Assembly: GCA_040900055.1 (NCBI GenBank)
Contig: JBBDZU010000003.1
Coordinates: 1 to 44,815 of the forward strand
Length of the DNA stretch: 44,815 bases
Origin: Candidatus Saccharimonadales bacterium
GTDB lineage: Bacteria; Patescibacteriota; Saccharimonadia; Saccharimonadales; UBA10212
Direction: 5' to 3'
A program made the position numbers and the translations under genes. The notes under the pieces were generated by a model that worked only from the letters and a program-made list of their open reading frames with translations, had not been told where the DNA came from and did no database searches. Shown one piece after another: positions 42,865 through 44,815 of this stretch; within the stretch, counting starts at the first letter, position 1, and every line of letters starts with the position of its first letter.

Positions 42865-43143
42865 ATGAGATTAAATCCGTTTGAAACCCCACAAGGCATC
42901 CAAATAACCCGAGAGCCAGTATCTAGATTACGGCCGCACTACACCAAGTACCATCCAGTCCCCATGATGGTTCCTCAAGAGGGAGTTAGAATTTCTGCAA
43001 GTAATGAAATTACCGCTCTACACGAAACAGTTTGGCCAGTCGAAATACCCCTAGTACCCCCCACCTTAAAAGAAAGTCTTAATTTACTGCGGCAAAAACG
43101 TACAGCCGCAAAGTTAGGTTCCGCAGTGATCAGTCTTCAATAA
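42865..43143 (+). CDS. Hypothetical protein
   Basis: 92-aa ORF with no motif, followed by the bidirectional hairpin at 43160..43175. Confidence 0.45.
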   Translation: MRLNPFETPQGIQITREPVSRLRPHYTKYHPVPMMVPQEGVRISASNEITALHETVWPVEIPLVPPTLKESLNLLRQKRTAAKLGSAVISLQ

Positions 43144-43150
43144 GAGTGCA

Positions 43151-43180
43151 AAAGAAAAACCACCCTTTCGGGTGGTATTT
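43151..43180 (-). terminator. Intrinsic terminator of the rRNA operon (after 5S); probably bidirectional
   Basis: The minus strand reads ccaccc-GAAA-gggtgg followed by tttttcttt. Confidence 0.7.
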
Positions 43181-43185
43181 CTATA

Positions 43186-43302
43186 ATTCGGCACCGTGCT
43201 ATTTTCCCAGGGCTAAAACCCAAGTATTGTAACCGCTGCTGGGCTTAACTGCTGTGTTCGGTATGGGAACAGGTGTTTCCCCAGCGCCATGGGCACCGAC
43301 CT
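43186..43302 (-). rRNA. rrf: 5S ribosomal RNA
   Basis: The minus strand reads ggtcggtgcccatggcgctggggaaacacctgttcccataccgaacacagcagttaagcccagcagcggttacaatacttgggttttagccctgggaaaatagcacggtgccgaa. It has the CCGAAC...GUUAAGC loop C region, and helix I pairs UCGGUGCC with GGUGCCGA. Ends are +/-3 nt. Confidence 0.9.
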
Positions 43303-43927
43303 GAACTTTGTAACGCTTTCCCTGCCGGCCGGCGAAGCCGGCCGCTCCGGAAAGCTCTTGGTGAATCGCGGTGTCAATAACGCTGCGGCTCTCACTCACC
43401 GTATGTTGAATACGCTTCGTTCGAGTCCTCGCTAGTTCCTAGCGCTCCACTCGAGTACAAATCTCAGGACAGTGTCCAGACAAAGTACAATATGTTGTTA
43501 AACAAACGACAAAGTAGTCATGGCTACCTCTGTTGGCTCGTAAGCCAGCAAAGTATAGATGATTACCAATAGCTAGTCAATACACTTTTTACGACTATGA
43601 ACTAAACCATAAAGTTTACCTCATAGCCGCTCATAAAAAGTCAATTGGCCGTTAGTATACCTCAGCTGAATGCATTACTGCACTTACACTTAGTACCTAT
43701 CAAACTCGTAGTCTTCGAGTGGCCTATGGGGAAATCTAATCTTGAGGCCAGCTTCGCGCTTAATATGCTTTCAGCGCTTATCTGTTCCGCACTATAGCTA
43801 CCCGGCAATGCTCCTGGTGGAACAACCGGTACACCAGAGGTGCGTTCGTCCCGGTCCTCTCGTACTAGGGACAACTCCTCTCAAATTTCCTAACGTCCAC
43901 AGCGGATATAAACCGAACTGTCTCACG

Positions 43928-44691
43928 CGTGTCATTCCACCATTACTGGCGGCACGGACTATATCTTCACCCTTTCCGCCGGATGGCGGACGAGGGGTCG
44001 ACGTATTATAGGCCACTAGTTGTGGATCCTATCTCATCTATTAAGGGCTGCTTAATAGATTCAGTCTCTACGGGGACAGAAATTGTTTGTCTCTCAAAAA
44101 ATGTTATGACTTTGGCGCTGGTGATCGTTCTCTTCTTGGAGTAATTGAACCTGGCTGTTTTATCAACCAGCTGGCTCAATTTGATCAGTTGCGATTTGGT
44201 CATCTCACGCTGCCTAGGATGGGCCTTAATTATCTTAAGGACATCCTTAGCTAACTGTTTCTTGAGTCGAAGATAAGGATAAAAGAGGTTTAACAAACTC
44301 TCTACTTCCCTTAAGCCAACTATGGTGTATTCGGTCATGCCGTCTCGGCGTGCTCGAATATAGCCAAAGCCTAGCTGCTTCTTCAGCCAAAGAAGAAATT
44401 CTTGATGGATAGTTTTTTGATAGAAAACTATACTGACTCTTATCTGATAACCCAGCTTGTAATCTTTGCGTTGTACAAGTTGAGCGATGATAGAGCCATC
44501 GCCATCTAAAAATCCAGCTATGTAGGCTTTTTCTTCGTTAGACAAGACGATTTTGTCTTCCCTCGGTATTGCCCTTCGGATCGTTCGGCGATCCGAGTCG
44601 GGTTTCACCGATATTAGTCGAATGTTGATACTGTTGGTGCGATGTACACCAGTATCTTACTACTTTTCAGTAGTAGAACGCAATGTAATTT
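43928..44691 (-). mobile_element. Group I intron inserted after U2593 (E. coli numbering) of 23S rRNA
   Basis: The conserved GGGUUyAGAACGU|CGUGAGACAGUUCGG is split by 764 nt. The upstream exon ends in U and the insert ends in G, as group I splicing requires. The insert carries a LAGLIDADG ORF. Confidence 0.8.
44006..44608 (-). CDS. Single-motif LAGLIDADG homing endonuclease, I-CreI-like
   Basis: 200 aa. EEKAYIAGFLDGDGSIIAQLVQRKDYKLGYQIRVSIVFYQKT...FLLWLKKQLGFGYIR compares with I-CreI LAGFVDGDGSIIAQIKPNQSYKFKHQLSLTFQVTQKT...FLDKLVDEIGVGYVR (from memory). Encoded inside the intron. Confidence 0.88.
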   Translation of the reverse strand: MKPDSDRRTIRRAIPREDKIVLSNEEKAYIAGFLDGDGSIIAQLVQRKDYKLGYQIRVSIVFYQKTIHQEFLLWLKKQLGFGYIRARRDGMTEYTIVGLREVESLLNLFYPYLRLKKQLAKDVLKIIKAHPRQREMTKSQLIKLSQLVDKTARFNYSKKRTITSAKVITFFERQTISVPVETESIKQPLIDEIGSTTSGL

Positions 44692-44760
44692 ACGTTCTGA
44701 ACCCAGCTCACGTACCACTTTAATGGGCGAACAGCCCAACCCTTGGAAGATGCTCCTCCT

Positions 44761-44795
<35 letters not shown>

Positions 44796-44815
44796 AGCGC
44801 CGTCTATGTGAACTA

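Noticed and set aside
43419-43428. gttcgagtcc in the 23S-5S spacer resembling a tRNA T-loop
   Set aside because: The flanking bases (cttcg / cctcg) cannot form a T-stem, and no acceptor or anticodon arms could be built on either strand.
43199-44144. ORFs 43199..43399, 43213..43395, 43662..43874, 43742..44011, 43798..44016 and 43929..44144
   Set aside because: They overlap the 5S rRNA, the 23S rRNA exon or the intron's non-coding core. The rRNA identity is unambiguous, so these are spurious.

Overview
The window reads as a chromosomal segment of a small-genome bacterium using the standard code (long ORFs are closed by TGA, TAA and TAG). By inference only, it fits a Patescibacteria/CPR genome, probably Saccharibacteria-like: tight gene packing, class II RNR with NrdR, four-helix-bundle 'IVS protein' genes, a giant surface protein, and an intron-bearing 23S rRNA.

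Layout:
(a) 1-22.4 kb is a housekeeping block: ileS, nrdJ, nrdR, ftsZ, ftsA, map, yqeY-like, rpsU, priA, def, fmt, infB, rpsA and a ROK kinase. Small selfish-looking cassettes are embedded in it.
(b) 23.5-37.6 kb is a co-directional minus-strand surface operon. It is led by a ~3,000-aa single-pass membrane protein whose cytoplasmic N-terminus carries two tandem MerR-type HTH domains. Its ectodomain is a repeat-built fibre ending in ConA-like and H-type-lectin-like domains. Four secreted or membrane-anchored proteins follow, one of them a BNR/Asp-box propeller. This is the most unusual system in the window.
(c) 38.4-38.96 kb is a GC-rich islet encoding a secreted protein with an actinobacterial-style signal peptide, a possible horizontal acquisition.
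(d) 39-43.1 kb is an accessory island of small membrane and acidic ORFs plus an XRE regulator. It is partitioned by near-identical 100-nt repeats that share their core and GAAA-tetraloop terminator with the 3' end of the adjacent 5S rRNA.
(e) 43.2-44.8 kb is the end of an rRNA operon on the minus strand: 5S, plus a partial 23S interrupted after U2593 by a group I intron encoding an I-CreI-like LAGLIDADG endonuclease.

Other non-coding signals:
- A ~215-nt structured-RNA-like element in two paralogous copies (4.2 kb and 42.0 kb).
- An identical 20-bp perfect palindrome inserted into one member of each of two repeat families.
- Dispersed (TAGTTTG)n heptad repeats.
- Inverted repeats bracketing the four-helix-bundle and GIY-YIG genes.
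- Paired NrdR boxes upstream of nrdR.

I found no CRISPR array and no tRNA gene. All coordinates and motif matches were derived by eye; homology statements are from memory and need database confirmation.
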